Assembly: GCA_963675745.2 (NCBI GenBank)
Contig: CAXXWX010000016.1
Span: 96,001 to 160,000 of the forward strand
Source: Phycisphaerae bacterium
Lineage (GTDB): Bacteria; Planctomycetota; Phycisphaerae; UBA1845; Fen-1342
DNA: 64,000 nucleotides
Direction of reading: 5' to 3'
The stretch's first letter is position 1, and each line of letters opens with the position of its first letter. A program made the position numbers and the translations under genes. Shown here in pieces: positions 28,828 to 39,189 of this stretch. The notes under the pieces were generated by a model. That model was not told where the DNA came from, made no database searches, and worked only from the letters and a program-made list of their open reading frames with translations.

Positions 28828-30596
28828 CTATGGTTGTGATGCCAGAATGGCGCGCAGGATTGGCTCGTATGCGGTTGCCATCCGATGGAAGCCCAGATCG
28901 GTTGGATGCACGCCGTCGACTGTGCCGTTTTCCGTGCCGGCGAGTTGCGGTTCGCCCGGCAGGTAGTACAACCGGCCGACGCCTTCTTCGGTCAGCTTCA
29001 CAAACGCTGCGCGCAGGGCTGCGTATTGCCGGGATTGTCGGAGGGATTGAGGGGACTCTCGACGAGCAGGATCGGCGTTGCCGGCCGCGCCTCGCGGAGT
29101 ATTTTCACAAACGGCTGCACGCGCTCGCGCACCATGTCCGTGGTCATGTTCGGCAGACACTCCAGCACAAAAACCGCCGCGTCCAGTTCGCCGAGCAGGC
29201 GGGCGAGTTCCGGCTCCATTTTCCCCGCGCCGGAGAATCCGAGGTTCAACACCTCACGATCGAACCAGCGTCCGAGGATGGCCGGATGGCACATTCCGGT
29301 GCGCGACGCGCAACCGCCCTGCGTAATCGACGTGCCATAGAAAACGAGCGGCTTGGCGCGATCGGCCGGCCGGGGCCGGGGCGCGACCATCCGGGCTTCG
29401 CTCTCAATGCCGATCCGCAGTTCGCTCACGCCGCAGTAGAGCGGCAGGTACAGCAGGTACTCGCTGAGCTTGCCGGGCAGGTTGGTGGCGAGATTAGCGG
29501 TTGTTCGTTGCAGCTTCGGGCGACCGACGCCACAGAACACCCAGCGGTCACCGCGTCTGGCGTAAAGATCGAGCCCGCTGTTGCCGGTGGCGGCCATGTG
29601 GTTCATGGCGCCGCCACCATCCCAGATCGCCGCGATCTTCTTGGAATCGGTCGAGAAACGCACCGCCAGCCCGGCGGCGCGCTTGCTGAGTGTCCAGACC
29701 GCCTCGGGGACTTGTGATTCGGCGCGCGCGGGCAGGCGCTCGTAAAAGTTCTCCGTATCGTCCCACCCCTTGCCTTCGACAACCAGGCGCTTGGCGTCGT
29801 ACCAGAGCAAGTCGGAATCCGGCTCTCGTGACGCCGTCGCCGGGTCCAGCACGCCGTCATCGGCCGCCATCAGGCGCACGAGGGCGTCGTCGAGCATGCG
29901 GGCCCACACCTCGTATCCCGGCTTGGTCAGGTGCAGCCCGTCGCGTGCGTACTCCGCGCGCAGCAAACCCTCAGCGTCGGCGAAACTCGGGTACATCTCC
30001 AGAAACGTGCAGCCGCAGTCGCTGGCGATCTCCTTCAACCGGGCGTCGAGCTTCACGATCAGCGGAACCAGATCGGCGTATTTGTCGCGCGTCGGAAACA
30101 GGCCAACAACAATCAGTGGAACGTCGGGCAGTCGGCCACGAATCCGCTGGACGACCTCTCGATAGCAATCGGCGATCTCGTCCACCGTTGGCGTTCCGTG
30201 ACGCCAGAGTTCGCCCAGGTCGTTCACGCCGTTCTGGAGCACGACGACGCTCGGCGCGCAATTGAATACGGAGCTGTCCAGGCGGTGCAGGATGCCGCGC
30301 TCGTCAATCCCGATGCGATCGGAGGATATGCCGCGATTGATCACGCGCCAGCGCGGCAGCAACCGGTCGGCGTCAAGACCTTCGACGTGCGATGAACCCA
30401 CGATCACGACATTGTGTCGCGGCGTATTCTCACGCTGGAACTGGGCGACGCGGTTGTAGTAGTGCTGCGCCCATTTATCCGTTGACGCCGGCTTGGCGGC
30501 GTCAATGGTGTCCTGTGCGGTGGCAAATGCGCTGAAAGCGGCCATCGCGAGCACCAGCATGGCCCGCGCGGCGCTGATTCGATGGGTGCTTTTCAT
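28828..30596 (-). pseudogene. Double GDSL/SGNH hydrolase, frameshifted near 29021-29027 (real lesion or sequencing error)
   Basis: Domain 1: GSSH, NRGISSD, GVND, DGLH. Domain 2: GLDLY, FYGTSITQG, NLGFSG. The domain-2 catalytic DGVHPTDLG is in the adjacent frame (ORF 28828-29160). Confidence 0.8.
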
Positions 30597-30650
30597 GCTG
30601 CAAGTGTCCTCAGGTGCATCGCGCCGCCGCCGGGCTTTTGCCGCAGACGG

Positions 30651-31112
30651 CTATGCGGCGGTAAACGTGACGTCGATCTCGACCGTGGCGCCGAGCGGGA
30701 GCTCGGCCACACCGACCGCGGCCCGCGCGTGCTTACCGGCCTCGCCGAAGATTTCCGCCAGCAGATCACTGGCGCCGTTGGCGGCCTTGTGCTGGTCGGT
30801 GAACCCGTCAGCCGAGGCCACGTATACCACCACTTTCAGCACACGCGTCAGCGCATCGATACCACCGGCGGCCTCAGCGGCGACCGCCAGGGAGTTAAGG
30901 GCGCATTGCCGCGCGGCCGCTTGCGCGTCTTCAAGCGTGCGGGCGTCCCCGGCCTTGCCCGTGTACACCAGCTTGCCGTCCCGCATGGGCAACTGCCCAC
31001 TGAGGATCAGTGTGTCCCCGTGCCGCAGCGCCGGCACGTACGCGCCCACCGGTTTGGCCACCGGCGGTAGACTCAGGCCCAATTCACTAAGGCGTTGGCT
31101 TGGCTTGCTCAT
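30651..31112 (-). CDS. RidA/YjgF family protein
   Basis: LSGQLP...ANGASDLL..IFGEAGKHARAAVGVAELPLGATVEI. Confidence 0.9.
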   Translation of the reverse strand: MSKPSQRLSELGLSLPPVAKPVGAYVPALRHGDTLILSGQLPMRDGKLVYTGKAGDARTLEDAQAAARQCALNSLAVAAEAAGGIDALTRVLKVVVYVASADGFTDQHKAANGASDLLAEIFGEAGKHARAAVGVAELPLGATVEIDVTFTAA

Positions 31113-31941
31113 CATCCAGCTCCGTATTCTGTTGAGCCGCGGCGCGCGCGGCCGACTCATCCTCGGACACAATGCGCGGCAAACGCGGCTCATCGTCAGG
31201 TAGCGCCCGATCTTCCAGCTCGGCGTCAAAAAGCAGCGTCAGGTAGATCGCCGCGAAGTTCCGCGGCTGCTCGGCGCGTACGCGGCTGTTGCGGATCAGC
31301 TCGAGCAACGCCAGAAACAGGCCAACCACCTCGGCGCGGGTGCGCCGTCCATCAAATACCTGTTCAAATGTGCGCGGCCCGTCAGCGCGCAACATCGCCA
31401 CGATCTCCTCGGCATAGACCTCGATCGGCGTGTCATCGAACGAGACCTCGTGCCGCGCCGGCCCCTTTCCGATCGCCGTCATCACCTTGCCGAAAACGCT
31501 GACAAGATCCCAGAGCTGCACGTCCTCCAGCTCGACGCCGGCAAGTTCCTTGGGCAGATCAGCCGGCGCGCGGACAAACCGTTTGGCCCGGTCGTCGGCG
31601 GACGTGCCCAGCTTGGCGGCGGCGTCCTTGAAGCGCTTGTACTCCAGCAGCTCGCGCACCAGCGTCGCGCGCGGATCATCCTCGTCATCCAGCGCCTCGA
31701 TCGGTGGCGTCGGCAGCAGTGCGCGCGATTTGAGCTCGAGCAGCGTGCTCGCGAGCACCAGAAATTCGCTGGCGGCGTTCGGATCGAGCAACTCCAGCAG
31801 CTTCGCATACGCCAGGTATTGATCGGTAACGCGCGCGATCGTGATGTCCTGAATGTCCAGCTCGTCACGCCGGATCAGGTAAAGCAGCAGATCGAGCGGG
31901 CCGCTGAAGACATCCAGGTTTACGCGGTAGTCCGGAGTCAC
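31087..31941 (-). CDS. scpA: Segregation and condensation protein A (kleisin)
   Basis: FSGPLDLLLYLIRR..., EFLVLASTLLELKSRALLP, FLALLELI. Confidence 0.93.
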   Translation of the reverse strand: MTPDYRVNLDVFSGPLDLLLYLIRRDELDIQDITIARVTDQYLAYAKLLELLDPNAASEFLVLASTLLELKSRALLPTPPIEALDDEDDPRATLVRELLEYKRFKDAAAKLGTSADDRAKRFVRAPADLPKELAGVELEDVQLWDLVSVFGKVMTAIGKGPARHEVSFDDTPIEVYAEEIVAMLRADGPRTFEQVFDGRRTRAEVVGLFLALLELIRNSRVRAEQPRNFAAIYLTLLFDAELEDRALPDDEPRLPRIVSEDESAARAAAQQNTELDDEQAKPTP

Positions 31942-31947
31942 GATTGA

Positions 31948-32919
31948 TCAATCCCCTGCCGTGACGATGCCACAGGCGGCGCGAACATCCGCCATCAGAT
32001 CCTGCGCCACCGCGCGTGCCTTCCGCGCCCCCGCGCGCAACACGTCTTCAACGTCATCGGGCCGCGCCGCCCATTGCTCGCGCAATTCGCGTTTCACGCC
32101 GAAAGTTTCTTCATACAACTCGCAGAGCCGTTTTTTTACCTCGCCATAGCCGGTGCCGCCGGCGCGATAGCGTTCCACCCATTCGCGCAGCTCATCAGGC
32201 GTAGCCATGAGCTTCAGCAGGGCCAGCACGCTGCACCGGTCAGGATTCTTGGGCTCCTCGACCGGCGTGCTGTCCGTCTTGATGCTCATGATGCGCTTGC
32301 GAATCTGCTTGGGTGGGCCGAAGAGATCAATGTAGTTGTCATAGCTCTTGCTCATCTTCTGCCCATCAACGCCGGGAACCAGCGGTGCCTCGTTGAGCCG
32401 CGTCTCCGGTCGGGTCAGCACGTCACCATAGGCGCTGTTGAAGTAACCGGCCATGTCCTGCGTAAACTCGACGTGCTGCACCTGGTCGCGCCCGACGGGC
32501 ACGATGTTGCTGCGGTATATCAGTATGTCGGCGGCCATGAGCAGCGGGTAGCAATACACGCCCATGTTGACGGGCTGGTTCTTGGCGACGAAGTCCTTGT
32601 AGGTCGTGGCGCGGTCCATCAGCCCCTTGCCGGTCACACAACCGAGAATCCACGCCAGCTCGGTAACCTCGGGCACGTCGCTCTGACGGAAGATGCACGC
32701 CTTGCCGGGGTCCAGGCCCATCGTGAGATAATCGACGATCACGTCAAACGTCAATTGCCGCAGTGTTTCGGCGTCGCGCACCGACGTCATCGAGTGGTAA
32801 TTCGCGATGAAGTAAAACCCCTCGCACTCGTTCTGAAGTTCGATGTACTGCTTCATCGCACCGAAGTAGTTGCCCAGGTGAAGCTTCCCGGTGGGCTTTA
32901 TGCCGGACAACGCTCGCAT
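31948..32919 (-). CDS. trpS: Tryptophanyl-tRNA synthetase
   Basis: SGIKPTGKLHLGNY, YPLLMAADIL, VPVGRDQ, KMSKS; GGAGG RBS before MRALSG. Confidence 0.97.
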   Translation of the reverse strand: MRALSGIKPTGKLHLGNYFGAMKQYIELQNECEGFYFIANYHSMTSVRDAETLRQLTFDVIVDYLTMGLDPGKACIFRQSDVPEVTELAWILGCVTGKGLMDRATTYKDFVAKNQPVNMGVYCYPLLMAADILIYRSNIVPVGRDQVQHVEFTQDMAGYFNSAYGDVLTRPETRLNEAPLVPGVDGQKMSKSYDNYIDLFGPPKQIRKRIMSIKTDSTPVEEPKNPDRCSVLALLKLMATPDELREWVERYRAGGTGYGEVKKRLCELYEETFGVKRELREQWAARPDDVEDVLRAGARKARAVAQDLMADVRAACGIVTAGD

Positions 32920-33115
32920 GGCATCCTCCAATAACCGCCAGCGCCGGCCACCAGGCTCGGAAGCCTGACGCCGCGGGTTACTCAATGTGCTCTGATCTAC
33001 TCTTGGAGACGGTCCGGCGTGCCGCTGTTGTCAAGCGGTGCGTGTTAGACGCGAACCTCACAGCTCGCCGCGCCGTTGCACAACGCTGGACGATAGACCT
33101 GCTTCAAAAACCGGT

Positions 33116-33682
33116 CTACACCTCCATGATGTCCTTCGATTTCTCGTTCGTCAGGCTGTCGATCTCGCGGCAATACGTGTCGGTCAGCTTCTGAATCTGA
33201 TCCTGGCCGCGCTCGCAGTCATCTTCCGGCAACGTCTTGGCCTTTTTCTCGGCATCGAGCGCCTTGTTGGCATCGCGGCGGAGATTGCGAATGGCCGTCT
33301 TCTGTTGCTCGGCCAGCTTCTTCACATGCTGTACAAGCTGATCACGTCGCTCGGTCGAGAGCGCCGGCACCGGCAAGCGGATCATCTTGCCGTCGTTCTG
33401 AGGGTTAATCCCCAATTCGCTGCCTTCGAGGGCTCGCTGAATGTCCTTGAGCGTCGAGGGATCGTAGGGCTTTATCACGATCACGTTGCCCTCGGCCACG
33501 GCGACGTTGCCCAGCTCCTTCATCGACATTGTCGAGCCGTATGCCTCGACATTGACCTTGAGACCATCAACCAGTCCGGCGGACGCCCGGCCTGTCCGAA
33601 CTCCACGGTATTCCTGACGCAGAAAATCGACCGCCTTCTTCATCTGCTGTTCGGTCTGGGATACGGTGTCATCTAGCGGCAT
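33116..33682 (-). CDS. frr: Ribosome recycling factor
   Basis: VRTGRAS, LGINPQNDG..IRL.VP.LS.ERR, IRNLRRDAN, KSKDIMEV; AAGGAG RBS. Confidence 0.97.
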   Translation of the reverse strand: MPLDDTVSQTEQQMKKAVDFLRQEYRGVRTGRASAGLVDGLKVNVEAYGSTMSMKELGNVAVAEGNVIVIKPYDPSTLKDIQRALEGSELGINPQNDGKMIRLPVPALSTERRDQLVQHVKKLAEQQKTAIRNLRRDANKALDAEKKAKTLPEDDCERGQDQIQKLTDTYCREIDSLTNEKSKDIMEV

Positions 33683-33828
33683 CTGAGCTGCTCCTTCGAT
33701 GGATGGTTGGCCAGGATAACCAGCATAGCCAGCGACCCTGTCGCCGACAACCCGGCGGCGTTGGACCCCGCCGTGTGGCGGCCGTGACACCTGCGCGTGG
33801 AATTCCGCACGCGTCATCGTCGAGTCAT

Positions 33829-34013
33829 GTGCCCCGCAGGGGCATCTGAATATAGCCCAGCACGCAGTGCTGGGTTTCGATCGCGCACCGGGCCGCCAAG
33901 TCCCGTACGGGACGACTGAGATCTCAGCCGTCCCGGTGGGACTGGGTCCTCACATGGCCACAATTGCCCCAGCACTGCGTGCTGGGCTAAGTTCATTGCG
34001 TCCCTGTGGGACG
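33829..34013. mobile_element. About 185-bp nested-palindrome REP/MITE-like element
   Basis: Perfect 22-bp inverted repeat TAGCCCAGCACGCAGTGCTGGG (33853-33874 / 33968-33989); central AGTCCCGTACGGGACGACTGAGATCTCAGCCGTCCCGGTGGGACT; outer short hairpins. Confidence 0.75.
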
Positions 34014-34079
34014 GCCCAGCTACGACCCGCAGGCCGTTACATTGCTGTGTGCGCTATGATGGCGGATTTCGAGGGGTGT

Positions 34080-36281
34080 CTAGCGTTTTCCGATGACTTC
34101 TCTGATCGTCTCGATCAGCGCGTCGTTCATGAATGGTTTGTGGATGATCGCCGCCGGTCGCGCCCCGCTTGGCCGGTCCCCGCCGTATTCCTTGACATAC
34201 CCGCTGACCATGATCACTTTTGCACTGGGGCGAGTGGCCAGAATCTCCTCATACACTTCCCAGCCGCCTTTGCCAGGCATGATCAGATCCAGCAGCACAA
34301 CGTCTATCCGGCTGGCGTATTCCTGGAAGATCTCGACGCCCTTGGTGCCGTTTTCGGCGGTCAGCACGTCAAAGCTGTTGTTTTCGAGCACGTCGCGGAG
34401 AACGTCCCGTACGTCATCATCGTCGTCGATGACCAGCACGGTCGGCTGGCCCCGCTCCTCGGCATGCTTTGCGCTGGTGGCGGTGGCGGTGGCGGGTCGC
34501 GGCGACATTGGGAGGGCAACCGTGAAGCGCGCCCCGGTGCCCACTTCGCTCTCGACGCGCACGCCTCCCTGATGCGCGCGCACAGCCCCGCGCATCGCCG
34601 CCAATCCCAATCCGCGTCCATCGGCCTTGGTCGAGAAGAACGGTTCAAAAATACGCCGCGCCGTATCCTGGTCCATGCCGCAGCCGGTGTCGCGCACATG
34701 CACGCAGGCGAAGGCACCCGGTTCGAGCGACTGTCCCGGAAACAGCCGACGCAGTTCCTCGGCCCCCCACTCGCTGCGGCTGGCCGAGGCGCTTATCGTG
34801 CCCGGCGCGTCGCCGATCGCTTCGATGGCGTTGACGAGCAGATTCGTGATCACTTGTTGGAGTTGGGCGGCGTCCGCCTCGATTTCGAGAGGCTCACCGC
34901 GCGGCTTCAAGTCCAATGTGATGGCGCGCGGCACGGTGGGCCTGATGAACTCGACCGTGTCGTGTACCAGCTCGTGCAAATCGAGCTTTGCCGTCTCGCG
35001 TGTCTTTCGCCCGGCACATGTCAGGATCTGATCGACGACCGCCGAGGCGCGCTTGCAGGCGCCGACCACACGCTCGATGCGCGCGCAGACGGGCGAGTCG
35101 CCGCCGAGTTCGCTCAGTGCCAGGCTGGCGTTTCCTTGTATGCCGGTGAGCATGTTGTTCAGATCATGCGCGATTCCGCCGGCCAACAATCCCAGGCTCT
35201 CGAGGCGTTCTGAAGCGCTGATCTGCGCCTCGAGCTCCCGCCGTTCGCGTTCGGCGTTGTGTTGCTCGGTTTTGTCGACAAACAGCAGCACCGCACCGAT
35301 CACGTCCGGTCCGGCGTGCATCGCGGTTATCGAATAAGCGACCGGGAACCGTGAGCTGTCGGCGCGCGTGAACTCACCCTCACAACGCAACAGGGCGGCC
35401 CGGCTATCCAGGATGGCGTCGATCGGCGAGTTGACCGGTGCCGCGTCAGGCTCATCGAGGCTGCCGAAAATGTCGCGTGCCGAAGTCCCGATCAGCTCAC
35501 CGCCGCGCACACCGAGCATCGCCTCGGCCGCGGGATTCGTGAAGGCGATGTTGCCGCTGCGGTCTAGCCCGACAATGCCTTCGCCCGCCGAATCGAGAAT
35601 CAGACGCTGCTCGCGAGTCAGGCGCGCGAGTTGCTCTTCGGCGCGCTTGCGGTCGGTCACATCGCGCGCAAATGCGACCAGAATCTTAGCGCCGTTGTCG
35701 TGCAACACGTTGACGCTGATCTCCAGATAGACGATGTGGCCGTTTTTGTGGCGATGGGCCGTGGGAAAATGGTGCAGCCCGGTCTGGGTGTGTGATGGAA
35801 CGCCGCCATCCGCCTGGTTTTCCGCCTCCAGGTCGGTAATCCGCATGCGCATCAGCTCATCATTCGAGTAGCCGGTCATGCGACAGAAGGCTTCGTTGAC
35901 TTCCAGAAAGCGGCAATCCTGGTCCACGACAAAGAACCCGTCCATGGAGCAGCGCAGGATCGCCTCGTTGCGTCTGGCGAGTGCGGCCAGGCGCCGTTTG
36001 GAGCTGTTGAACTCGTCTTCGTCATAGAGGAACACCAGGGCCGGCACCTCCGGTGTCGCCTTGGTCTGGAGCGGGACGATGTCCACCACCAGCATCGGCG
36101 CGGAGCTCTGCGTGATGGTCAGGCGCTGTCGCTGGCCACCCACGCAGGCGGCCTCGAGCATCTGCATGAATTCCTCGTGCGACTCCTCCGGCAGGCGTGC
36201 CAGGATGTTCTGCGTCGCCGACTCCACTCCGGAACTGGTCCGGACGCAATTGGCGGCTCGATCGACAAGGGCCCAGTTCAT
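34080..36281 (-). CDS. Cytoplasmic hybrid histidine kinase (2 PAS, HisKA, HATPase, receiver)
   Basis: AGGIAHDLNN, NLLVNA, DTGCGM, FEPFFSTK, GRGLGL; receiver VIDDDD...LLDLIMP...IHKPF. Confidence 0.93.
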   Translation of the reverse strand: MNWALVDRAANCVRTSSGVESATQNILARLPEESHEEFMQMLEAACVGGQRQRLTITQSSAPMLVVDIVPLQTKATPEVPALVFLYDEDEFNSSKRRLAALARRNEAILRCSMDGFFVVDQDCRFLEVNEAFCRMTGYSNDELMRMRITDLEAENQADGGVPSHTQTGLHHFPTAHRHKNGHIVYLEISVNVLHDNGAKILVAFARDVTDRKRAEEQLARLTREQRLILDSAGEGIVGLDRSGNIAFTNPAAEAMLGVRGGELIGTSARDIFGSLDEPDAAPVNSPIDAILDSRAALLRCEGEFTRADSSRFPVAYSITAMHAGPDVIGAVLLFVDKTEQHNAERERRELEAQISASERLESLGLLAGGIAHDLNNMLTGIQGNASLALSELGGDSPVCARIERVVGACKRASAVVDQILTCAGRKTRETAKLDLHELVHDTVEFIRPTVPRAITLDLKPRGEPLEIEADAAQLQQVITNLLVNAIEAIGDAPGTISASASRSEWGAEELRRLFPGQSLEPGAFACVHVRDTGCGMDQDTARRIFEPFFSTKADGRGLGLAAMRGAVRAHQGGVRVESEVGTGARFTVALPMSPRPATATATSAKHAEERGQPTVLVIDDDDDVRDVLRDVLENNSFDVLTAENGTKGVEIFQEYASRIDVVLLDLIMPGKGGWEVYEEILATRPSAKVIMVSGYVKEYGGDRPSGARPAAIIHKPFMNDALIETIREVIGKR

Positions 36282-36341
36282 CGTGTGGCTCCTTGTTCGG
36301 ACGCCTTGCAGAGAACCGCCGCGCGCACGATCGCTGGCTTT

Positions 36342-38807
36342 TTATGCATCGCTTCCCCCTTCTCGAACTGGAGGTCTCGGTACCCGCGCGGCGCCGGAAC
36401 TCACCAATCGCTGCATCGCCTCTGACTTCTGGCGCCTGGCCGCCTCCTCCATGGGTGCGTTCGAGTGTCGTCGAGCCAATTCGATGCGCTGGTCGGCGCA
36501 GCGAACCGCCTCGTTGAAATTGGAGAGCTTGAGGTTGAGCTCGGCCATGTGGTCATAGACGCGGGCGAGCCCGTTCCAGAACTTGGTGTGAACGAGGATG
36601 TTCAGCGCGACGGCCAGCTCATTCTTGGCGTCCAGCAGCCGCCCCATCAGCATCGCGCAGTTGCCCAGGTTCATGTACGCCACGCCTTCGTTGACGCGGT
36701 CATCGCTCTCCTGTGCCAACGCCAGCGCCCGCCTGAAGTAGCCGCGCGCCTCTTCAAAACGCTTCTGTTCGCGGAGCACGTGCCCCACGCCGGTATACGG
36801 CCCGATGAGCGAGATGAGCGCGCCATTGCGCTTGTGCGTGTCGATCGCCTGCTGGTAGCTCCTTTCGGCGTCAGTAGCGCGCCCGAGCTGCAATAACACA
36901 TATCCAAGATTGTTGCGGATACGCGCAAGTTCTGCGCTAAGCCCGAGCGTCTCGGAAGCCTGCGCCGCACGCTCCAGGCAACTGTTGGCGGATTCGTAAT
37001 CGCCCTGGAAGTAGTACATCGAGCCGAGGTTGGCATGTGCTTCGATTTTCAGGCGCTCATCGCCGGCGCGCGCTGCCAGTTCGCGCTGCCGCCTGTTGTA
37101 CTCGACGGCGTCTGCGTAGCGGCCCATGCGCGCACAGCACACGCCGACGAAACCGACGGCCTCGCCGAAGTTCGCATCAAGCCTGATTGCCTCGAGTCCG
37201 AGCTTCATCGCCGTCTCGTAATCGCCGCGCAGGAAAGCGCGTTTTCCGGTGAAGAACTGCTCTTCCGCCGCGGGAATGCGCGTGGCAGCGGTCCCGGCGA
37301 CCGCCGCCCGGCTCGCCGTTGCCAGTCCGAGTCGGCGTGTAAGCCGACCGAGCAGCTCGCTCTCCAAGTCAGCAAGCGCCGATAATGCCCCGGTCACCGC
37401 CTCGACACGCATGGGTTCCGTCTGCGGCGCCTGGTGGGCACGTACGCTCAGTTTTATCGTGTCGCCGCTGCGTTCAAAAACACCCTCAACTACGGAGGCC
37501 GCACCACTGAGACGTCCGGCGTGCAGAAGTTGCGCCACGTGTGGGCCGCTCTCGCGGGCACGTACACGTTCGAGCGTTTGCAGGTACTGATTCACGTCAA
37601 CTACATATGTGCCCTCGTACTGGCCGAGCGAGCGTGCCAGGTGATCCGCGAGGGCCTGGCCGATCCAATCGTCACCATCGGTACGCGAGGCGTTCTCGAA
37701 GGGTAGCACGACCACACCACGCGGTTCGGGGAAGACGGGGGCACCGGCGGGAGCAACCTGTGTGCCGGGGCGCGACGGGTTCTCCAGATAGTCCACGAGC
37801 GCCGCCGGCGACGGAAAACGCTCGCGTGGGTCTTGGGCGAGCAGGCGCAGAATGGCGTTGCGGAGCCAGTCAGGCGCATCCTGAGCGCCCGACTCGGGCC
37901 AGGTAATGGCCTGATCCCCTCCGTTCAGCAGCGTCCGATATACGCTGTCGCCGCGCGGCGCCGTGCCGGTGACAAGCTCGAACAGCGTGGCCCCCAGGGC
38001 ATACAGATCGGCGGGAGGCCCAGCCGGCTCCTCTCCCGCGAGCACCTCGGGCGCGGCGTAGGCGAGCGTACCAACCCGGTCGCTGGCGCCTTGCGGCGTC
38101 GCGTCATCCGCCTCGGGCATCAGTCCGACCACTCCCAGGTCGGCAATCCGCAGTGCCCCGTCGACACCCAGGATCAGGTTGCTGGGCTTGATGTCGCGAT
38201 GAATCAGACCTGCGCGATGGATTGCTTCGAGACCGCTGGCGGCGTCGACGGCGAACTGTGTCACTTGCCGCCAGTCGATTACTCCCGCGCACTCCCGGGC
38301 CCGCGCCAGGTCGACACCGTCAATGAAATCCATGACGAAATACCAGATGTTCTCAAAAATATCGCCATCGAGGACGCGGACCACATTGGCGTGGTTCACA
38401 CGAAAACCGGCGGATGCCTCACGGCGCAGGCGGTGTACATCGCGATCGGACGCATCCGCCACCCGGTGGGGCAGAACCTTCACGACGCAGGGGTGGTTGA
38501 GAAACTCGTGGTGGGCGAGGTAGGTCAGGCCGTGGGCCCCACATCCGATCAACTCCACCAGCCGGTAGCGATCCCGGAGCGTGCTGCCTAGCGGAAACGG
38601 CGCAGTTATCGGCGGTGCTGGCGCAGCCGAGTCACGAGAGCCGCGACGTGGGAGCGGTACCAAATGCGCGCACGCCTCACAGCGCGCCAACCGCTCCGAG
38701 ACGTTACGGAGCGTGCCGTGCTCACGGCAGTACGTGCATGGCCCCACGTTTTGGGGCCAGGCGTCATCGCGTGCCACCTGAGCCCTGTTCGAGGGGGTGG
38801 CCGCCAT
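36342..38807 (-). CDS. Ser/Thr protein kinase with N-terminal Zn ribbon, TolB-N-like domain and C-terminal TPR array
   Basis: CTYC...CEAC; IGCGAHG, VVKVL, HRDIKPSN, IADLG, GTLAYAAPE; VVVLPFEN; multiple TPRs (ANLG, NNLG, MNLG); no TM segment. Confidence 0.9.
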   Translation of the reverse strand: MAATPSNRAQVARDDAWPQNVGPCTYCREHGTLRNVSERLARCEACAHLVPLPRRGSRDSAAPAPPITAPFPLGSTLRDRYRLVELIGCGAHGLTYLAHHEFLNHPCVVKVLPHRVADASDRDVHRLRREASAGFRVNHANVVRVLDGDIFENIWYFVMDFIDGVDLARARECAGVIDWRQVTQFAVDAASGLEAIHRAGLIHRDIKPSNLILGVDGALRIADLGVVGLMPEADDATPQGASDRVGTLAYAAPEVLAGEEPAGPPADLYALGATLFELVTGTAPRGDSVYRTLLNGGDQAITWPESGAQDAPDWLRNAILRLLAQDPRERFPSPAALVDYLENPSRPGTQVAPAGAPVFPEPRGVVVLPFENASRTDGDDWIGQALADHLARSLGQYEGTYVVDVNQYLQTLERVRARESGPHVAQLLHAGRLSGAASVVEGVFERSGDTIKLSVRAHQAPQTEPMRVEAVTGALSALADLESELLGRLTRRLGLATASRAAVAGTAATRIPAAEEQFFTGKRAFLRGDYETAMKLGLEAIRLDANFGEAVGFVGVCCARMGRYADAVEYNRRQRELAARAGDERLKIEAHANLGSMYYFQGDYESANSCLERAAQASETLGLSAELARIRNNLGYVLLQLGRATDAERSYQQAIDTHKRNGALISLIGPYTGVGHVLREQKRFEEARGYFRRALALAQESDDRVNEGVAYMNLGNCAMLMGRLLDAKNELAVALNILVHTKFWNGLARVYDHMAELNLKLSNFNEAVRCADQRIELARRHSNAPMEEAARRQKSEAMQRLVSSGAARVPRPPVREGGSDA

Positions 38808-38840
38808 GTCCAGGCCTCCTGCCCATCGCGCAAAAACCGC

Positions 38841-38868
38841 TTGACAAAACACTAGTTATCGGTATTTT
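38841..38868 (+). promoter_or_regulatory. Putative sigma70 promoter facing the micro-ORFs
   Basis: TTGACA-N16-TATTTT in an AT-enriched divergent region. Confidence 0.35.
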
Positions 38869-39030
38869 CCACAACTGGCTTAAGGAACCGGTCCGTGTTT
38901 TTTCCGCCCGGCCGTCGCAGCATTTCTGAGCGACATGGGCAACCGAGTTTGACCGCTCAATGTAACTCTCATCGCACTGTCTGATTACGCGGACCATTAC
39001 ACCGGTAACTCATCTCACAGGAGCCCACCA

Positions 39031-39114
39031 ATGGTATCGCTTTGGATCGAATGGACCCAGACGTTCGCCGCGATTTTCGGCACGGTCGTCGACTTCATTG
39101 ACGAGATCACCTGA
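39031..39114 (+). CDS. Micro-ORF 1, 27 aa amphipathic peptide MVSLWIEWTQTFAAIFGTVVDFIDEIT
   Basis: AGGAG Shine-Dalgarno ending 7 nt before the ATG; mostly G/C third positions; below the ORF-track size cutoff. Confidence 0.55.
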   Translation: MVSLWIEWTQTFAAIFGTVVDFIDEIT

Positions 39115-39141
39115 GCCCCACAGCCTGGAAGGGAATTTCCA

Positions 39142-39189
39142 ATGATCGTCGAGATCACTGAAGTCGATCACATCTCCACCACCAAGTAG
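39142..39189 (+). CDS. Micro-ORF 2, 15 aa peptide MIVEITEVDHISTTK
   Basis: GGAAGGGA purine-rich RBS, host-like codons, same frame as micro-ORF 1, followed by the palindrome GCCGCGCTAGCGCGGC (39220-39235). Confidence 0.45.
   Translation: MIVEITEVDHISTTK

Noticed and set aside
39127..39140. GGAA-N6-TTCC as an NrpR operator
   Set aside because: Single short match overlapping an RBS, with no nitrogen gene adjacent; compatible with chance.
36342..39189. Lanthipeptide or lasso RiPP cluster (kinase + peptides + transglutaminase-like genes)
   Set aside because: No lyase/cyclase, RRE or asparagine-synthetase-like cyclase; the peptides lack Cys and a recognisable leader. Kept only as a signalling hypothesis.
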